Origin: Candidatus Nanohaloarchaea archaeon
Lineage (GTDB): Archaea; Nanohalarchaeota; Nanosalinia; Nanosalinales; Nanosalinaceae
Assembly: GCA_046497485.1 (NCBI GenBank)
Contig: JAWOFP010000055.1
Span: 1-26,916 of the forward strand
Length of the DNA: 26,916 nucleotides
Direction: 5' to 3'
Part shown: positions 25,728 through 26,916 of the stretch, one piece after another
Position numbering within the stretch: position 1 is the stretch's first letter
Layout: each line of letters starts with the position of its first letter
Translations under genes and position numbers: made by a program
Notes under the pieces: generated by a model
Database searches by the model: none
What the model saw: the letters and a program-made list of their open reading frames with translations, nothing else
Told to the model about the DNA's origin: nothing

Positions 25728-26357
25728 ATGGCACAGGATGTAAAACCTACAAGAAGTGAGGAGCTCAGGCTCAAGGAAAGCATTGACCTGGCCAGCAATG
25801 GCCACTCAATTCTTGAGCAGAAGAGAGACGGATTAATCCATGAGTTTATGGAAGTAGTTGGTGACGCTCAAGATGTAAATGAGGAGCTTGCAGAGCTTTA
25901 CAGTGAAGCCAGACTTAAGTTGCTTCTGACAGAGGTCTACGATGGAGAAGATGCTCTAAGAGCAAATGCACTGACAACTAAAAATGGTTCAGAGGTCAAA
26001 CTTGAATCCCAAAACATTATGGGAGTGAAAGTCCCTGAGATCGAATCTATTGAAGTCAGTCGAGGCCTTATGGAGCGAGAATATGGTCTTACAGACTCAT
26101 CTTCTAGAATCGATGCGACCGCTGACAAATATGAGGATCTACTTGAGAAAGTAGTAGATGCGGCCGAGACACAGACCAAGATCATGAGACTTCTCAATGA
26201 AATAGAGAAGACTAAGAGAAGGGTCAATGCCTTGGAGCACAAGATCATTCCGGAGATGGAAGCAGGCCTGAACAAGGTCTCCCAGCTCTTAGAGGAGCGG
26301 GAAAGAGAAGAGACTTTCCGGATGAAGAAGATTAAATCTATGGCAAGTCAAGATTAA
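25728..26357 (+). CDS. atpD: A/V-type ATP synthase subunit D
   Basis: KPTRSEELRLK, GHSILEQKRDGL, NIMGVKVP, EIEKTKRRVNALEHKIIP. Confidence 0.97.
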   Translation: MAQDVKPTRSEELRLKESIDLASNGHSILEQKRDGLIHEFMEVVGDAQDVNEELAELYSEARLKLLLTEVYDGEDALRANALTTKNGSEVKLESQNIMGVKVPEIESIEVSRGLMEREYGLTDSSSRIDATADKYEDLLEKVVDAAETQTKIMRLLNEIEKTKRRVNALEHKIIPEMEAGLNKVSQLLEEREREETFRMKKIKSMASQD

Positions 26358-26422
26358 TGCCTTTGATTCAGAATTAGACCTAAAGGTTAAAAATTTGGCA
26401 TTTACTGAATGGTCTGATAAAG

Positions 26423-26916
26423 TTAGTCTGCCCTTACGGTAGACTTCTTAAGTTCATTTATTTTATTTTTCGCTTCTTCTATGTTTTTCTCTTCTTCTGT
26501 TTCCAGTGAGCTTCTGATTTCGTCTAGACTATCTGAAATGCTTTTCTCTCCGTGATAATGAAGGACATCTACTCTATAGTTGGATTTCTCTGCGAGTGTT
26601 TCTGGGATATCGCTGTTGCTTCCATCTTTGAATTTGTCGACAGCTGTTTCGAATATTAATCTGGGGTCGTTTGATCCTTCCTTTAACTCGCTAATTTGGT
26701 CGAAAATAACCATCCATTCTGGCGCATCGTTGTCTTCCCAGTTAAACCGATCAACGCCTTTATAGAAATCTTCTAAAAGCATTTTTCGCAGACTCGATTC
26801 TTCTGTAATTTCTAAATATGTTGTAGTATATTTCTTCAAAAACTGAAAATCCTTACGCTCTCTTGCGTCTGAATCAGAAATTGTAGGTTCTATGTCGCCT
26901 ATTTCTTCTTTTATTA
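26423..26916 (-). CDS. 3' part of a hypothetical protein starting outside the window
   Basis: The frame of the 138-aa track ORF stays open upstream of TTG 26839 to the window edge (IKEEIGDIEPTISDSDARERKDFQF-LKKYTT...). Confidence 0.7.
   Translation of the reverse strand, partial: IKEEIGDIEPTISDSDARERKDFQFLKKYTTTYLEITEESSLRKMLLEDFYKGVDRFNWEDNDAPEWMVIFDQISELKEGSNDPRLIFETAVDKFKDGSNSDIPETLAEKSNYRVDVLHYHGEKSISDSLDEIRSSLETEEEKNIEEAKNKINELKKSTVRAD

Larger units (their letters stand above)
158..26269. repeat. Dispersed, highly iterated 6-bp palindrome AGGCCT (~95 copies)
   Basis: Manual scan; copies start at e.g. 158, 226, 341, 594, 625, 889, 1139, 1793, 2276, 2309, 2436, 2473, 3605, 3690, 3928, 4043, 4085, 4433, 4525, 4564, 4897, 5056, 5122, 5170 and continue to 24174, 24791, 24967, 26063, 26264. 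Confidence 0.95.

Noticed and set aside
158..26269. AGGCCT as a CRISPR repeat, REP/MITE or cloning scar
   Set aside because: It is only 6 bp, irregularly spaced, has no conserved flanks, and sits in frame inside intact genes without disrupting conserved residues.
923..26765. Many antisense or alternate-frame ORFs in the track (e.g. 923-1108, 1692-1940, 4764-5087, 5249-5725, 7999-8496, 19173-19646, 22846-23217, 25937-26275)
   Set aside because: They overlap well-supported genes and are Ser/Phe/Leu-rich mirror translations of Glu/Lys-rich coding strands.

Overview
Core-chromosome segment of an archaeon. It combines a strongly acidic proteome, low GC (about 40% by eye), compact genes and very short or overlapping intergenic spaces, which best fits a DPANN nanohaloarchaeon (inference). 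It carries housekeeping genes (TBP, TFB, rpl15e, ATP-dependent DNA ligase, TrmB-family regulator, Elp3, adenylate kinase, CCA-adding enzyme, aIF5A, histone, Nob1, Trm1, SppA, two Nudix hydrolases, PCD) and a complete A/V-type ATP synthase operon (H-I-K-E-C-F-A-B-D). No tRNA, rRNA, CRISPR array or mobile element was seen. The main signal is not a gene: the palindrome AGGCCT occurs about 95 times by manual count (roughly one per 280 bp, against about 4-7 expected from base composition). It appears in all three reading frames and between genes, and synonymous codons are apparently chosen to create it, resembling the cyanobacterial HIP1 highly iterated palindrome. The ATPase operon also shows hidden translational features: an 18-codon mini-ORF with a duplicated atpF initiation region and a hairpin coupled to atpA, a probable ATT start for atpI, and a hairpin after atpK.
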